Assembly (NCBI GenBank): GCA_037447605.1 | Contig: CM074811.1 | Span: forward strand, 3,668,895-3,732,894 | Reading direction: 5' to 3' | DNA: 64,000 bases | Origin: Zygnema circumcarinatum SAG 698-1b | Lineage: Eukaryota > Plantae > Zygnematophyceae | Part shown: positions 27,012 through 42,167 of the stretch, in pieces | How the letters are laid out: every line of letters starts with the position of its first letter | Position numbering within the stretch: position 1 is the first letter of the stretch | The notes under the pieces: generated by a model | The model's database searches: none | Told to the model about the DNA's origin: nothing | The model's input: the letters and a program-made list of their open reading frames with translations, nothing else | Position numbers and translations under genes: made by a program

Positions 27012-30000
27012 TCAGGAAAAGATGAACCTGCTTAGCGCCCCCCTGCATACCCCAAACACGCGGCGGCTCAGGAAGCAATCTCAATGCACGCACAACCTGC
27101 CTCCATCAGCGGCAGGGGCAGGCCCGAGAGCTGCGCCTGCCGGCAGCACCCATGAGCAAGCACCCACACGCCCAAAGGTGCGGCAGCGGCAAGCAGGCGA
27201 GAGGGCGGCCGGCCCGTACCACAAGCCGGTCGGCGGAGCGGGCTTCCTGCGCAGCGCAGCACAATGAAAGAGGGAATCAGTGCGGCAATTGCCAAGTGTC
27301 CAGACCACCGATGGCCCACGGGTCACTGAGATCTCTGCGTTTTGGAAAGGCAGACAAAGACCAAGCTTTTCACATCGATTTCTCAGCAGTCCGTGTCAGT
27401 CTCCTCGCCTCCTCCAAGTTTAGCAAACTAAGTTTCAAAGGAGCTACTCTGGCAGTCGTGATGTGCAACAGAAAAAGGGACAGACCGTGGTCATCGTGAA
27501 ACTAGCACTTATGGCAGAAACCCCCCTTGCGTCATAGAAAGTAAGAGTTTTGGTGTGCAGTCTACTGCCACTCACTTTCTCCCATCAATCGCATAACCGA
27601 GTTCTTCAGAAGACGGCTCGTCCTCAAACGCTTCCACAAGCTTATAGTCTTCTTTTCCGGGTCCGAGGTCCTGCCGCCGGAACACCTCAAACGGGCCGGG
27701 ATACGCCTTCCTGCCAATAGTAAAGCAGCTGCTATAACCTCACCATCCACACCTCTTGCCGCACATTTTGGGCATCACTCCAATTTCTTCTGGGCATGTG
27801 AGGAAAGTAGCCACGCGACTAGGGGAGAAGGGCAGTAAATGATTGCACACCTGAGGGCACCAAGTATGGGGAACTGCGTGCCAGAGATATAAAGCAGGCG
27901 GAAGTGATAGCACAGATAGAAAGACGCCGCAAACTGCAGACGCTTGTCTCGCCCAGAGATCTGCCACGGCACGGCACATCCCGTGAGCAGTCTCTGCTCA
28001 ATTGCAGTCCTCCCCCCTCTCGCCACTCCTCTCCTCTCCTTCCCTACCTGTACGATGCTTAATTCTACATGCTGCTGGAACACATTCTCGCACGGACTCA
28101 ATCTAACCTCAGCAACTCGCAAACTAAAACGGGACATGAGGAGGCAGCCTTCAGAAATAGTAGGAAGGGAGCAAGAAAGAGCAGAGCGCAAAAAATGTGC
28201 AACTTCAAACGACAACTCCATAATTGCATAAATGACATTCCACCAAGCACATACATCAGGCTTTGCCTTTCCCAGCAGTAACCCATCAGGATTGTGATGG
28301 TCCCAAAGAAAGCAACGGGAAAAAACCAACAAAAAGTAGGACAGACCTGCATTACGCCTCCAGCACCCGGCAAGTCCTGCAGCGCCCCCCCCAGAGAAGC
28401 GTCAGTCTGCACCTGCGGAAGATGAGGCCATGGAGGAGGCAGGCAGGCAGTGGAGGAGTGCCTCTCTGACGGTGAATTGCAGGCTGCCCTTCAACCACCC
28501 TCCGCAGTCCGCAAGTCTACGGAAACTGTTCGGCAAGTTGGGCAAGTTGGCCAAGTTGGGCAAGTTGGGCAGCTGCCTCCTGTTGAGGCCTGCAATGGGG
28601 CTCACCTTCAGCCTAGGATTGATGATGATGAACGGCCGGCTCCCGGCAGCCGTGGCCATGGCTTCCAAGTCCTGCAGCGGCACAATCCCATATGCTCACG
28701 TCTGCTGTCCCGCTGCAGCCTAGCACTACCTTCATGCGTATGTAGTGTCTTCTTTATGTAAAAATAGCCACTGACTACTCTTGTGTAAGCCAGTCTAAAT
28801 GGCTGGATTGGCTCGTTTCTGCAGTGGGGAACCACTGATGAATAGTTTCCAGAAATTGGCAACGCATAATGGAACTCTTAACCAGGTATCCACAAATAGA
28901 TGTTGGAGCATCACCAAAACAGCCTCTAACCAAACATCACCGGCAATAGTGTAAAGACCACTTCAATGCATACAACCAGAACGAATCTTGAGTTAGCTTC
29001 ACTCAATTCCAGGCAGTATAAGCATGAGTCTAGGCAGCATAAGAATAAGTCTAAGCAGCATAAGTCTGCAGTTCCCGAGTACTATTTCCCAAAATTCCAT
29101 GTTTGCTAAAGCCTAAAGGCAAGGTCGGCATGCGAAGCAGCTCACATCGATGATACAGTTGCCCACTGCATTCTGCGGAGCCATCAGCACGAACACATCA
29201 TCCTCAGGCTTCACCTCAGCTGCCCCTGCAACATGGGAGAGCACAAACCATCACAAATTTCAGCCTGTGCACACATTGTGTCAACCATCTAAAAATTCTT
29301 GAGAGTAGCAAGGAGTTTACTAATGCAAAGGTACCGCAATGCATAATAGCATACAATAGGTACATTTGATGACATCGCCATCGTGAGATCAATGCCATAT
29401 CCTTTTCTTCACAATAGCATGGCCAAGCCCACATCGGTGGGAAAAGGAGGGCAGCACTGCATGAGGCCACTACCGTATCCACATCGGCAAGAGGGAGACT
29501 GTATGTACCCACAGCGCCAATGTTGATGAACTCCCCTTTGGCCCCATAGTCCCCCCAGTCCATGGCTTCCAGCATGCGCCGAGTCCCCGCCAGTGCCAAC
29601 GGCATGCCCGCGAACACGCCCTCGCCCATAGAGCCCTGCACGCACACCTGCCGCCCTCCCCCCCCAACCAACACAGACGCCATAAGGATGAACAGAATCT
29701 TATACATGCGGTTAGACGACAATGCAACGGACCCTGCCACACATACAAGTGTGATTCATCATGTATCACCGAAGTGAGATGTCCACAGGCCATGAAGCCT
29801 GAAGTGCCTTGTTCAGTAATAGGTTGCAACTCTGCAGCAAGCGCCTACGCACACTAAAACTGAGTCCTTTGGTGCACTGCACTGCGTTTGCTCGAGTCCA
29901 TAAGCCCACATGGCGCGGGCATGACAGGGTAGAGGAAAAAATTGAGGCCGAGGTAGCAAAGCCAAACGAGAGTCATCTCTGGATGCTTCCTGCCCCACAT

Positions 30001-33000
30001 GAAGGGTGCCGGTCGACTGGAAGGGACAGTGTGGAAAGAAATACATACATGCAATGGAGATAGTTATCGGCCACAAGGCGAGCTAGCTACGACAGCAACA
30101 TTCAATTATCTTTAAACAGCGCGGTCCACGCACAGCTGAGCTCTGCTCTGACCTCTCATTCACGTGCATAAAAACTGCAGCATACAACTCCTATATCCAG
30201 TGCAATGATATGAGCATTCCGGAAAATCATCTCTCATGTCCAACTCCATCCGCCCAACGCACTCACCCGCACTCTCTTGCCATCGTTTGCAAATGCGAAA
30301 GCCACCTCGCGCACGAGTTCCAACAACGTGCCGATGCGGTACACGTCCTGCCTCCCACCAATGCACGAAGAGGCACCTCCGTTACTTTTGCCCCGAAACG
30401 GAAAAAGACAGACTCGGTGAGTTTGCCATCTGGCAATTGTCCGGCAGTGACAGTGCCTTGTACTCGGCATCATCATATGGCGACATCCTCCCATTCACGT
30501 TTGTCAAACTACAATGACAAACCGACGCTCATATCCAAGTAAGTGTCGGAGAACCATCAAATGGATAAAAACACGGCTTGCTTAGCAGTTAAGCTGGTTG
30601 CAGCCATGCAGTTACGTGAAGGATGCTTAGAAAGGGTATTCCAGAAACAACATAAACATACAAAATAGCGCAATACGGACGAACGCATGTGGCGATGGAA
30701 CCTCTTTTTAGCATTCCCCTAAAAAGATGAACTCAGAACATTTCTCTGTTTATCAATATCTTGCATGCCACTTCAGAACATCATTCCTAGAAGCGTCCAA
30801 ACGAACGTACTCTGCAAAGGACTGGGTAAAGTTTTACGTGAAGCTGCATCCACTGATCAGCGTCTAGTGCAGTTAGGCTGAAAAAGCAACTCACCATTTC
30901 TGGGTTCAGCTCGGGAATGAGGAGAAGGATCTGCACCGACATGGCAAGAGCACATCAGAACACACACTGCATAAAAAAGACTGCTATTTGGGCGAGATTC
31001 TAGAGTAGTCCGTTGCATTATACTATGAAAGTGACATTCTCTGTACGCCTTTCAGAGCAAGCCGGCTGATTCCCACGTTCAGTAGAGACGGCCTCCCTTA
31101 CATCATTCTCTGGCAAGACTCTCAATGCAATTGTTGCAAACAATGTTTGGCTATAAAACTACTACTTAAATAATAATAAGAACGATATCCATTTAAAACA
31201 AACACTTGTCACCAAAGTGAGGACGCATTCCTCACTTAAGGGATAGGAGACATGATCGATGCCATCACATCGAATCTTTTCTATAGAAAACGAGTGTCTA
31301 AAGGAAACAATTCCGCTGCGGTTTGCATCACAATCGCGATTGTACAGGCTTGGCAGATCCGCGAAACTGTGTGTAAAAGTTAACTGTTAGAGTCCACTTC
31401 TATAGAGGTCCTTCAATCAAGCAACAGCGCGGAATTTTGCTATTTACCTTGAGCCTGGATTTGCCTGCTTCCACAGCGGCCTTTGCTGCTTCACAGACGT
31501 CCTTGTAAAAGTACTGTCGAATTTCTCGGCCATGAGGAATGGAATTGAGCCTCGTCGGTATTCCACGCCAGCTAGATTTCTAAAGCCAGACAATGACAGG
31601 GCGGACACATGATGCAAGGATGAGACGGAGCCGGCACACCCAAGCTGTCAAAATCTCATCACAACCAGACCCCAGCTCAGGATCCTGGATAGAAGGTCGA
31701 ACGACTCTGAACATGCCATGAGCCATTTACATCTGAACGGGAAGAAGCAGAGAGGTAAGGGCTTCAGGAAGAAGTTTGGGCGATGCTCAAATATCCTTCC
31801 TTACCCCAGAGCCTCGTCAATCATGTGGATGGATATGTAGTGTACCCAGAAACTGTGTTCCAGTTGATGTCAAAGGAACAACCTAAGCTCTGACTTTGCC
31901 ATACATTCAACTGATCCCTTTCTTGAGAATCTTGCTCGAAGTTTACCACAAAAAAATCGACAGGATCCAAAGATACTAGAAGATTTAGCAACATTTCAAG
32001 GAAAAATTCCTTGACTAATTTACGTTCAATATCTAGTCTGAGCTGCTTACCACGAATTGATGCAAACCTTCTCACATGGAGCCGATGTGAGAACTCTTCA
32101 GTCAAGAATACTTAGATTGGTTCGTACTCTCTTTGTTGCCTAGTTAAGTAACATATTACATCGAAGATGAGAGCCTGACAGGAATTACTACGCAAAAGGA
32201 GAACGAGCATACCTTGGCAGAAGCAGACGGAGCTCTTCCGTTCGTGCTCTGGGCGTGTACACCGACATCCATGGTGCAACAACGCACCCCCACAGGAACT
32301 CCGTTTTAGGTTACTGCACGCGAAAACTTCTCATGCTCGCATATCATTAGAAATAAAGTCTGCACAACACGATGGGGTGGAACCAATAGCCTTCATACAT
32401 CTGCACTCGCACTCAATAACTTCAAGAGGAAGCGATGGATCGAAGGCTACCGACGAGGACCACTAGAGACCCCCTAAACATAGTTCCTTACTGATTCAAG
32501 TATCAACATTAGGCTCAGCCGTATTAAAAATGTGTTGGCGCCTGTCCAGATGCGCCACGAAAAGACATACTCACGCAAGAGATGCAATCATCCATGACAA
32601 GTACCTCAAGTGAACAAGCAATAACAAAAAAAAAATGAGGAAACGTACGTCATTTGCATCTTGTGCAACAAAGGCATTACCCATTAAGGACAAGCTTGAA
32701 GCGAGGGAGCGGGAACTAACTACGATAAGCTTCACTATGTTAGCATCCTCTCTACTTTTGGTGAGTTCAGCTAGAACCCCTGCAGACACTCTACTCTATG
32801 TCCTGCCTAGGACGTACTTCTAGCAGTCGATGACATACATTCCTTAGAAACCATGGATCTCTGACAAAAACAGAGTCATGACTTCACTGAATAGCTGCAC
32901 TACCTAACGCTAGCAGCGAGGGAACGGACCTCGTCCGCCTTTGCCTGCAGTTCGCTCAGAATCTTGTCAAGGTCTGCAAAGACATCCGCCTTGGGCCGAG

Positions 33001-35917
33001 CGCCATCAACCTGCACATTACACCACGATCACCACATCACAGAGGAAGGTAACCAGGGCTTGCTGAATATTGTAACCAATTTTGCAATTCGAGCAGCTGC
33101 TACCACGGAGGTCTGCATTCTAACTTTCTACATTCCTCATGGAGCACGCAGGAAATCTGAAAAGCCTCAGTGATACCGTCTAACCCCGTCGAATCGAATT
33201 AACAAGTAACCCAGCGGCGAAATACAGCACCACGTGGAGGTAATGAGGAAGGCTGTTTGCCAATCTTACCGTTGTAAGAATATTTGCGTATGAAGACAAC
33301 ACTGAATCCAGATTTTCTTTATGCGTCTTTAAGCGCGTCTTCACCTGTATTCATCCTCCCGAAGGCAACATCCTCAGCATCCGTTTCAAAGTTTGAGTTT
33401 TTTAAATGCATCACAGTTACGAATTCATGACTGCACAGGTTCTGTCATATTATATCCTCCAAAATCATTTCATACACAACAGCTCGATTTGCTGTGAAGA
33501 ATATCTGCCACTTATTACTGGTTACCCTAACAACGATCATTCATTTTGGCTAGTGACTTACCACGGGCCACTCTCCGTGAATTTTTCCCGTTTTCTTTTG
33601 GGAATTCAGGGCATTGGGAAGGTTCAGAATATCTGGAGAATCACGTGTTCCAAACATGTGGCACGATCACTGGGCAATAAGCCGATTCACAAAGCTAGCT
33701 CGTAACGTACGGTCAATAAGAACACACCTTCTCTTCAGTATCATCACTGCGTTGAGTTAAGCGGGCGGCAATCTCATCGTTCTCAGGTGGAGAAAATGTC
33801 AAGTGATAAATCTTGCCGGTCACCGGATCAAGCCGTCGACCCACTACTCTCTCAACTAAGAGTTCATCAGGAACCTGCAGGTAAAGTGCCTCAACAACCT
33901 CAACAATGGTGATGTTTCACTTCTTTAACAACCAGAAAAGGATCATAAAATATATCCAACACAGTGAAGCTCGAGGCAACAACGCTCAATGTGACAATAT
34001 GGTAAATTGTACGTGACTTCGACGAAGCAACTATTAAAACTAAATGCAACGACTTTATGTAATCACAAAGTCCATTTTGCCTTTTTCCATGTACATTTGA
34101 TGGCCTTCCCATAGTGAGATTCAGCCCGAATCATTCTAAAAAATGACTTATTCCTTATGTGATCATTGCGTTCCACACGAGGTCTCCAGAATTACCATGG
34201 CCAGAATTGATGAAAGGATACTTCAGTCAGCCTGTAGACATCGATCGATTTTTGGACGGCGGATATTGTGATACAGATCATGGCTTGACTTTGAATGCCA
34301 GCTCCCTAAGCTTTTTTCTCCTCAGGCTTAATTGTTTCATACTTTCAACAAAAAGGGAGAAAGCCCTTGACTTACATCCAAGAGGATGAAGATTTGCGGT
34401 AGAATCTCAGCAGCCATAAGAGCGGCTGCTTGCGTTGCACTCCTGGGATAGCCATCCAACAGCCATCCGTTCTCCTGGGCGTCGGCCTGAGCAAGCCTGT
34501 TCTTCACAATCTGGACCCGCCATACAAGTAGACAGGGTTTATCACCTCAAACTAAACATGTGAAGTGAAGTGGTGGTACGGAGACCGCTTCTCCATCAAT
34601 ATATTTGGGAGACAATCCACTAAAGGGGAAATCTTTCCATGCACAACGCCTGTGACAAAAATAAAACCAATGATACTGTGGCAGGCAGACCTGTGACTTA
34701 CAGTGATGACAACGTCATCTGGAACAAGGACGCCAGCATCCATGAACGCTTTCACTTGCTTCCCATATTCAGTCTCGGCCGCTACTTCCGCTCGGAGCAG
34801 ATCACCAGCAGATATATGAGCCAATCCGTACTGCAGACCAGTTCAGCAAAGCGTCAGTCTGTTCAACGGAACATAAGCACAGGACGACAGTGTCCCTTGG
34901 TATCAAGACTCGACATGCAATATAGCGCAACACAAGCATCAAACATTGGATACGAATCGCTCATAAGTCCGACTACGCTGCCCTGTGCGCTCACCTTCTT
35001 GACAATTTCCTCACACTGCGTTCCCTTCCCAGATGCTGGAGCTCCAGATATGATCACTTTCAGAGGTCTCGAAGGAGCTGCAGCTGTCTCCATCGGCTGC
35101 AAAATTCACGGAGCCTCTACTTATCAGCCCGCAACAAGCACTAGCTGAAGAAAATGGCCTCCTCACTCTCAAGGCCAGGCCGGGGTCCAACTCGGCAACT
35201 GACTCAATTTGGCTACTGCTAAGATATAATGATCAATTCATCCCACATAGTTCGTTACTCCAAACGTTTGTAGCAATATGACGAAAATATTGTTGCTTGA
35301 GCATCAAAGGAAAATGGAAAGCAAGAGCTTTCGTGTACTTGAACAACTCCGGCGAAGCGACAAGTCAACATAACACTGGAAGGCAAGGTCGGAAGGCGTG
35401 ATGACACAGCCAGCACTTTTGTCCGCACATTGTTCCAGTGAACCCGCAAATTGCGTCGTCTGCCAACTGTTTACATCATAATAGAACTTGCGCAGAATGC
35501 GGCCCCCAAAGGTGCAAGTGACAAGAGAAGGTTAAGGCGCAAATACGAGCTCCTGGGGGCACTGCTAACGCACAGCACAGCACAGCACAGCAGAGAGGGC
35601 TGCGGGTTGCTCACTCTCGCTTCCGCCTTCTCTGTCGATGCTGCAGGAGCTTTCACGCGCTTCCCAGACACGGGAGAAGAGCTTGGAATCGACCATAACC
35701 TTGAATCTTCAGGCAATGAAATGGCTTGGGTGCTCTTACCAATCATGCTACTCTCTAATTTAAGAAAACAGCAACGGCGAGAAGACATTCTTATGGCTTT
35801 TTGATTTGATCCTTGAACTTGAAACGAAGGCAGGGAGAGTGGAGGTTGCTTGGCAGACGTGCCAGCAGACATGGCTGCAAGGGGAAGAGAATGGCAGAGC
35901 GTGAGAGGGTGCGCCAT
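27012..35917 (-). CDS. AMK5: Plastid adenylate kinase 5 (AK domain plus C-terminal DUF1995 domain), about 18 exons
   Basis: P-loop KVIISGAPASGKGTQCE, YGLAHISAGDLLRAEV, GWLLDGYPRS, lid VERVVGRRLDPVTGKIYH, RLTQRSDDTEEK; then WRGIPTRLNSIPHGREIRQYFY / IPELNPEM / DVYRIGTLLELV / VCVQGSMGEGVFAGMPLALAGTRRMLEAMDWG / APQNAVGNCIID / INPRLK / LYISGTQFPILGALR / ..GLW / FIFS*. The N-terminus is an S/R-rich transit peptide. Confidence 0.93.
28532..28571. repeat. 9-bp tandem repeat (GGCAAGTTG) x4.5 in an AMK5 intron
   Basis: Read directly. Confidence 0.85.
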
Positions 35918-36155
35918 GGCTGCAAGAAGAGTGTCCGTGTGCAGGACGGGACGGAACTACTGGGCTGCTTCGGTCGGAGCCAGCCTCGCAGGGCAGCGCA
36001 GCGCGCTGGAGCTAGTACGGTACACAGTACGGTAACATCCGTCCGCCCGCCGAGTTCAGACGCCAGGCGGGCGCCGGGCGCGCTGGTCGCTGCTCGCTGC
36101 TGCTCTCCTGCGCGAGCGAGCGAGCAAGGAAGATACACCTCCTCTTCATCTGGCC

Positions 36156-39100
36156 ATGGCCGAGGCCGAAGCCGAGGCCGAGGCGGGGCCCTCTCCTGCC
36201 CCTCACCCGAGCGAACCTGCTGGAGGCAGCAGGGCAGCTGACGCCAGCATCGTGGACGAGCTCATGAGCGAGCACGACGACTTCCGGGCGGAGGAGGAGC
36301 TTGACGACCCTTACCACGAGCGCCACCGCGCTGGGGATGTCATGTGCGCTCGATTTCCATAGCCTCGACCACTGGATCACTGTGGTCGCCGCGTTTAGCA
36401 ACACCGTGTCGTCTTTTTTCAACATTTTCTGAATTCTCCTTACAGTAATCGAATGAAAATTGAGATTGCCGCTCCTTCATCTGAAAGCGTCGATCGCGTG
36501 GTCTCGTTGCGCACAATGTCATCATGTCTGGAAAATTCTTGAAAGTGTCACATAGAATAAGGGCAGTGGCCTCCTCCCAATTGCATAATAACCTACATGA
36601 ATATTTTTCGTTACTAGGTATATCAATATCTGGGTTGGTGCAAAAAAATTGACCGCCGAAGGTTTTTTTCACAAGAAGCTCAATTTCCTTCCCTCTAATG
36701 ACACTCCTGGTTTAACGGTGGATACGTCTCTTGTCCTCCGACCAATTCATGCGATTTAAGGCTCCATGCTCGAATCCTCAATTATGAGCATTTGACGAGC
36801 ATTCGACGGTCTCTGCCATTTTTCTCGAGTGGCTTTGCTTACCTATTTTGTTGATGCCTGGCAGTGTCGAGGATGTCGCCCAGACGACAGCCACCTCGGC
36901 CAAATCGTTTTTGAACGGCATAGTGAGTTTCTTGTCGTTGAAGAGTCCATATCCTGTATTTGAAAACGTCGGGCGTTCAAACTATGCATGGCGACTGGCT
37001 ATCACCTCATAGTAGCTGAATGGCATTGTAAGGATTACAATGTTCATTGCAACTCTGTTCGTCTAGCAGCATCCTCGTAAGATATTAGTCACCGATCTGT
37101 TTTTTAATTATCTTGTTAGTCCTTGTTGCAGCCTACAGAACGCAGTTCCTTGACTTACAGGAGGTCTAGGGCTTCAGAAGTGAAGGAGGATTTGGAGAGC
37201 GTTAAATATGGAAGAGGCTCGGGCATGAAGGAGTACGAAGCACATAGTAAGTCCTGCAGCAATGTTTTTGGGCAGAATCTTTATTCCAAGCCATTTGGGT
37301 CCTAAAAGACTCGTGTCGAGAGTATGAAGCTGCTTCCCTTTGTATCACATCCCTCGTCCTTGGTGGCTTGTAATGTACAGAGATCGATGGACATGAAGGG
37401 CTCAAAGCTTTTTTTTGCAATTGTTTGCAACAGACGAGTCAGCCAGTGGTCTAGTCACGAGCACAGCGAGCACATCGGGGAAGCGATCAGTTGCACAAGA
37501 GCCTAAGTCCGTTCCTGGAACATCGACAAAGTTCCATGTTAGAGAAAGAAAGGGTCATGGTGTGAGGTACTTCATTATCAAGAGCCTTAATCACCACAAC
37601 ATTGCGAAATCGATCGAGAACGGCATTTGGGCGACTCAACAGATGAATGAGCCGACCTTGAATGAGGCATTTGAGGTATGGAATTACTCTGCGTGGAGGT
37701 CTGACATGTAATTTGATGAGAGTTTGTTGCTCAATTTGCTCAGTTCACACCAATGCATGTATTTCGGATGTTTTTTATCATCATTCAGATATTAGAAAAG
37801 TTTCGGGTTCATTAGCGTTTTCTTCATATCTTTTCATTGCTAGAATTATTACATCGTGTAATCGATTTGGCAAAAATATGTCAGTTAATGCTCACCGGCG
37901 TCAGGAACGCAGTTTTTGGTGCTACCATGCATGCGTTCGGCCTGCATAGTTAGGCAGAGTTGGCGCTGCTGCAGGGGGTCACTGCAACATTTGGTTGTTC
38001 GGAAGCCCAATCTTTTCTTCAACTTGAAGCTCCATGGGGTGCTGCAGAGTTCGGAGAAGGTGATCCTTATTTTCAGCGTAAACATGAGCGGCCATTTCCA
38101 AGGCTATGCCCAGATGACTTCTGGAATTGGCCATCGGAGAGCACACGTGTGGAATGAAGTGGCTGAGGGTGGGAGTCCTTGGGGAGGCAGTTTTTCGGTG
38201 GAGTGGCTCCGTCTATGCGACCTTCCTTTCCAAATGACTGTTCATCTTAAAAACCCATTGAATTACTTCAAACCAGTCAAGATCAGTAGGGATGGACAGG
38301 TACCGATTTATGTGCTGTACTGAGCCCATGCCTAATTCTCAATTCTAATTCGTGTACCGCTTGTTTGAATCTGCTGCTTGTTTGAATCTGCTGCTTGTTT
38401 GCTTGACTGTTTTGTTGAAGTGCATCCATTTTTGTCCCACATATTTTTTTGACTTCTGCTGCGGAGGGCAAGCTGTCATTGTTTCCGCAGTTAAATGACC
38501 CCCTCGAGCTTTAGAATACCCAATATTGAAGGCAATTGCTTGTTTCGATGAGTGCTTATGTCCCGTTTTGTGCCCATTAATGGATAACTTGAACAGTAGA
38601 ATGCGGAGAGCTAAGGCCAGCACTTCTCTTTGCAGGAACTTACAGCAGATATCGGAGCTGCGTTATGCGCGCTCATTGATGAGGGAGTTGCTGAGAAGGA
38701 TGGACTAAAACGGTGACCATTTTGAGTTTTTCCTTGCTTTGAGCTTGACGAAAAAACAACATTGAACTTAAACCTTTATTTAACGGACATTAATCTAGCT
38801 CATGTCATCTGTGAGTTTTGAAATTCCACTTTGTAGTCCTTCACATAGATACTGAGACAAGTGGGTGCACGCTTGGAGTTGCAGGAAATCACCTGCAACT
38901 CAGCTTTCTACTTCAGATGTCTCAGCAAAGAGGATGCGTGGGGCTTTCTTTGGCGGAAGTGTTGACTCAATACGACTCGCAGTCCAGCCTTACTTCCCGG
39001 GAGTGCATTCACTGTACCATGGAATGGGAGCTCGCATCCACTACGAGAACGACTATGGAGTGGATGAAATGGTGACCAGGCAAGGAGGCAACCTGCACCC

Positions 39101-41236
39101 GAGAGCGAACCCCTGCAACCCGCGAGTGGCGAGTGCAGGGCCATGCTTCGACTCGTCGCAGCTCCCAAGGCCGCGGCGGGCCATGGCTGTGCGCCCACCC
39201 TTGCTGGACCGCGCGCGGGAGGCAGGTGCGGACTCGGCAGCAGAATGGGGCGGGGAGGGGGAGGCAGCTTTGGGAAGCCAACGAGGAGTCAATAGGAGGC
39301 AGCAGCCAGATTTGAACCTCCCTGAGGAGGAGCTTCTCAACATGGTGATTTGCTGACATGTTGCTATTCATATGCTTTGATTATTTTATTTTGGAGACTG
39401 CTCAGATGATTGGAGCGGTGATAGTATTCAGTGCTTTAGTTCTTGGTCTCTACAGTCCGTGTGCTTGGTGGTGTCCATGTTCATCTGTTCAGGAGACTGT
39501 ATTTGTCTGTATTCACCTCACTGGAACAGTCAGTGAGTGGATTCTTCATTCCTTGTCGTTGACTTTGTTTGTGCAATATGTCAACCGAATGGTGCATGCC
39601 GCTTTACAAAAATAGCGTTTAGAGTTGTGATCGTTGCACAGACTACTCCAGGAGAAGTCGATCAAGCGATTGGTCTCATGTTCATCTGAGACAGTCTTTC
39701 CAATTTTTTTTCCGTTTTGGCAACTGCATTGGTCCTTGTATCATTGTTTTTGACTCGAAGCATGATTCCATCGCATCAGGCCATAGAAACATTCCGTCTT
39801 GCCACGCTTTCTTTTATGACAGTAGCTGTTTCGCTTCATTTCTCGATAACATTTGTTGAGCTATGTTGGGTAGCGACTTATTGTGAGCGAGTTTTAATAA
39901 TTGTCGTTTTGGTACGATTATAGATTTTATTTGCCGAGTGGAAGCCATCACCTTGTACTCTATCACTCTTACGACCAAAGCTTCTCTGGTCGCAACGGGG
40001 ATGTGTAGCGCGCAGGGTTAAGCCTGGCATGTGGTTTGTAATGTGCAGACTTATGAGGAATACTTGGAGCGAATGGGCAGAAGCCGAGGCCATGCTCTCC
40101 ATGACCAGGTGAAGCAGAGCTTGGCTCTACCCTCCCAGTCAGATCATTGACTTCAGGGTTGCAATTGGCTTGCTTTGTGTATCTGCACAAAGGTCTTTCT
40201 TTATGGTTGTTTCCATACTGTAACGTTACCTTTGGGCCGTCATTCGTGCAAGGGACGAACCAGTGCAGTATTGTTTAGTGGTCGGAAACTGGCAGGGGGC
40301 AGAAAGGCGTTTGTCGGCGGTTTCATTTGTAAATACTTGGACATCCATTTTCTGCTCCTATGACATGCAATGATGACCTGTGGGATTTTGAATGGAAAGC
40401 GGAGTTCTCGTTATCGTGACGCTGGAACTGTGTTGATAGGATGCGTTGAGTTCCGATGGATGACCTGACAGACATGGCGCTGCAGGCTTGCTGAATTTCG
40501 CTTTGTATGCAAATGTTGCTCTGATGCTCAACCTGGATAATCATTTCGCATGGCTGCCTGATAGTCAACGATTCAGAAGGCCACTTTTTTTTCGACTGGA
40601 TTTATGGTGAAGGAATTTTGAGGTTTGCCCAACTCCTTTATACGAAGTTGCTTGTTCCCTTCTGACTCAGAAGGTGTGCTCTTGTGCAGGAGCTTGGGCG
40701 ACTGGGGGAGCAGGAGCAGAGCTCTGACCCAGACAGGGGCCTCAGCGGAACAGGTCCGCAGTCAGAAGATATGTGCGTGGCATTTCCCTGACATTTTCTG
40801 CCTTGAACATGACAGGTTCCTCTGTAAAAGTCCCAGTTTGTTTATATTGATGGTTCAGGCTGAACACGAAAATTCCATCCGGTGTACGAATAGTGCTTGG
40901 AGTTGCGTATCATTGGTTGAAAGGGTGTTCGGGTGACCTGAAGCTCGACTATAATGGCAATCGTGGTGGAAGTTGTGCATTGTTGATTTGAACTAGGCAC
41001 CAATGTATTTGCAACAGGTTGATTTGGCATCTGTTTGCATCTCGCTTCCTGGCAGCAGAGCGGCTAAACAGAGGGGTATTTGGCATGTCAGGTACAGTTC
41101 TTCTAGGCGGTTCGGCAGTGATGCGGGTTCCCGCAGGCTCAGAGCCAGGCCCAAAGCAGGTTTCATGCGAATCCGAAGCCAAGCCGGGGAAAGGGAGGGG
41201 GATTACAATCGATCTCCTTCATACCACAAGGGCTAG
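36156..41236 (+). CDS. ECT12: YTH-domain m6A reader of the YTHDC type (ECT12-like), about 10 exons
   Basis: VRYFIIKSLNHHNIAKSIENGIWATQQMNEPTLNEAFE / SSEKVILIFSVNMSGHFQGYAQMTSGIG..W..GGSFSVEWLRLCDLPF..TVHLKNPLNYFKPVKISRDGQ / ELTADIGAALCALID, plus the downstream motif LLNM / TYEEYLE. No CCCH zinc fingers are seen, so this is not CPSF30L. Confidence 0.82.
38359..38400. repeat. 17-bp tandem duplication (GCTTGTTTGAATCTGCT) x2.5, intronic
   Basis: Read directly. Confidence 0.85.
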
Positions 41237-42167
41237 GGGAGCTCAGCATGTGCGCATGGTGCCTTGCAGGCGACTAGAGGAATTGCCGGCACATGGGCAA
41301 AATGCACGGGCTGCCCAATTTCTCCATCCCTCCCTCTTTCTTTTACTGTATGACAAGGACACGTGATAGGGCTTCAAGTTCTGCGGGATGCCAACCTCTT
41401 GCAGGGGAGAGCGCTCTAGAGGGATCTACCGGTTAGGAGTCTCGATCATGTCTGTACATGCTGTACTAGCGTTGAACTGCCAGTGGCACTTGTGAGGACG
41501 CCCATTCAGGCGGAAGTGGTAGAGGGCGCAGCGCTGTCACATTCTGCGGACTGTCGGGCACACAACCTGCAGGAAGGATGCATCGAGGAATTTGGGGGAG
41601 GGGGGTGGGGGGTTAGAACATTATCTGCCTTTTGGAGGACCGCATGCTGCCGACTGCTGCGGGGTGCGGCTGCCTCGTCTGTAATGCTTCCGAGGCCGCC
41701 CCGGCTTTACCCCATGCGAACAATAAGATGCGCCTGTTCCAATCAAGGGAACGGCGAATAAAGGCAAAGCACCAAATTCATTCTCACACGTTAAAAATGT
41801 TCTCATCGTGTGGGCTGTGCTAGACTGGTATGAAAGTGAAGGCAGGGAGTCGCAGAAGCTCTGCGTCCTCTGGGTGGGCCACTCGTCTCACAAAGTTGAG
41901 CCCCGTGAAGAGAGATATAATAGGCGACAGCGTGGAGACCCATCTGTCACCATTTACGCGCAAAACGACCTGAGAGAATCCGAACGAAGCAAGGTGTTGA
42001 TTTCAAGGTTAAGCGAAGCTTGAACTTTTGAGAGAATCACATCGGACTTTTCAGATACATGGCAAAGTCATCGTAGAGTTAGCATGGAAATTCACCGTTA
42101 ATCTTAGACGCCTCATATTCATTCAGAGAAGAAAAAAGTCCGAATAAACTTCTAGTTTCACCAAAGT

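Noticed and set aside
36865-36922. 58-nt ECT12 exon as a poison (NMD) exon
   Set aside because: The frame is restored if the next exon starts at the upstream acceptor TTGCAG|CCTACA (about 37132), so it fits as a constitutive exon.
41800-42167. hAT-like transposase remnant before the 100-N gap
   Set aside because: Short broken frames with no convincing catalytic motif.
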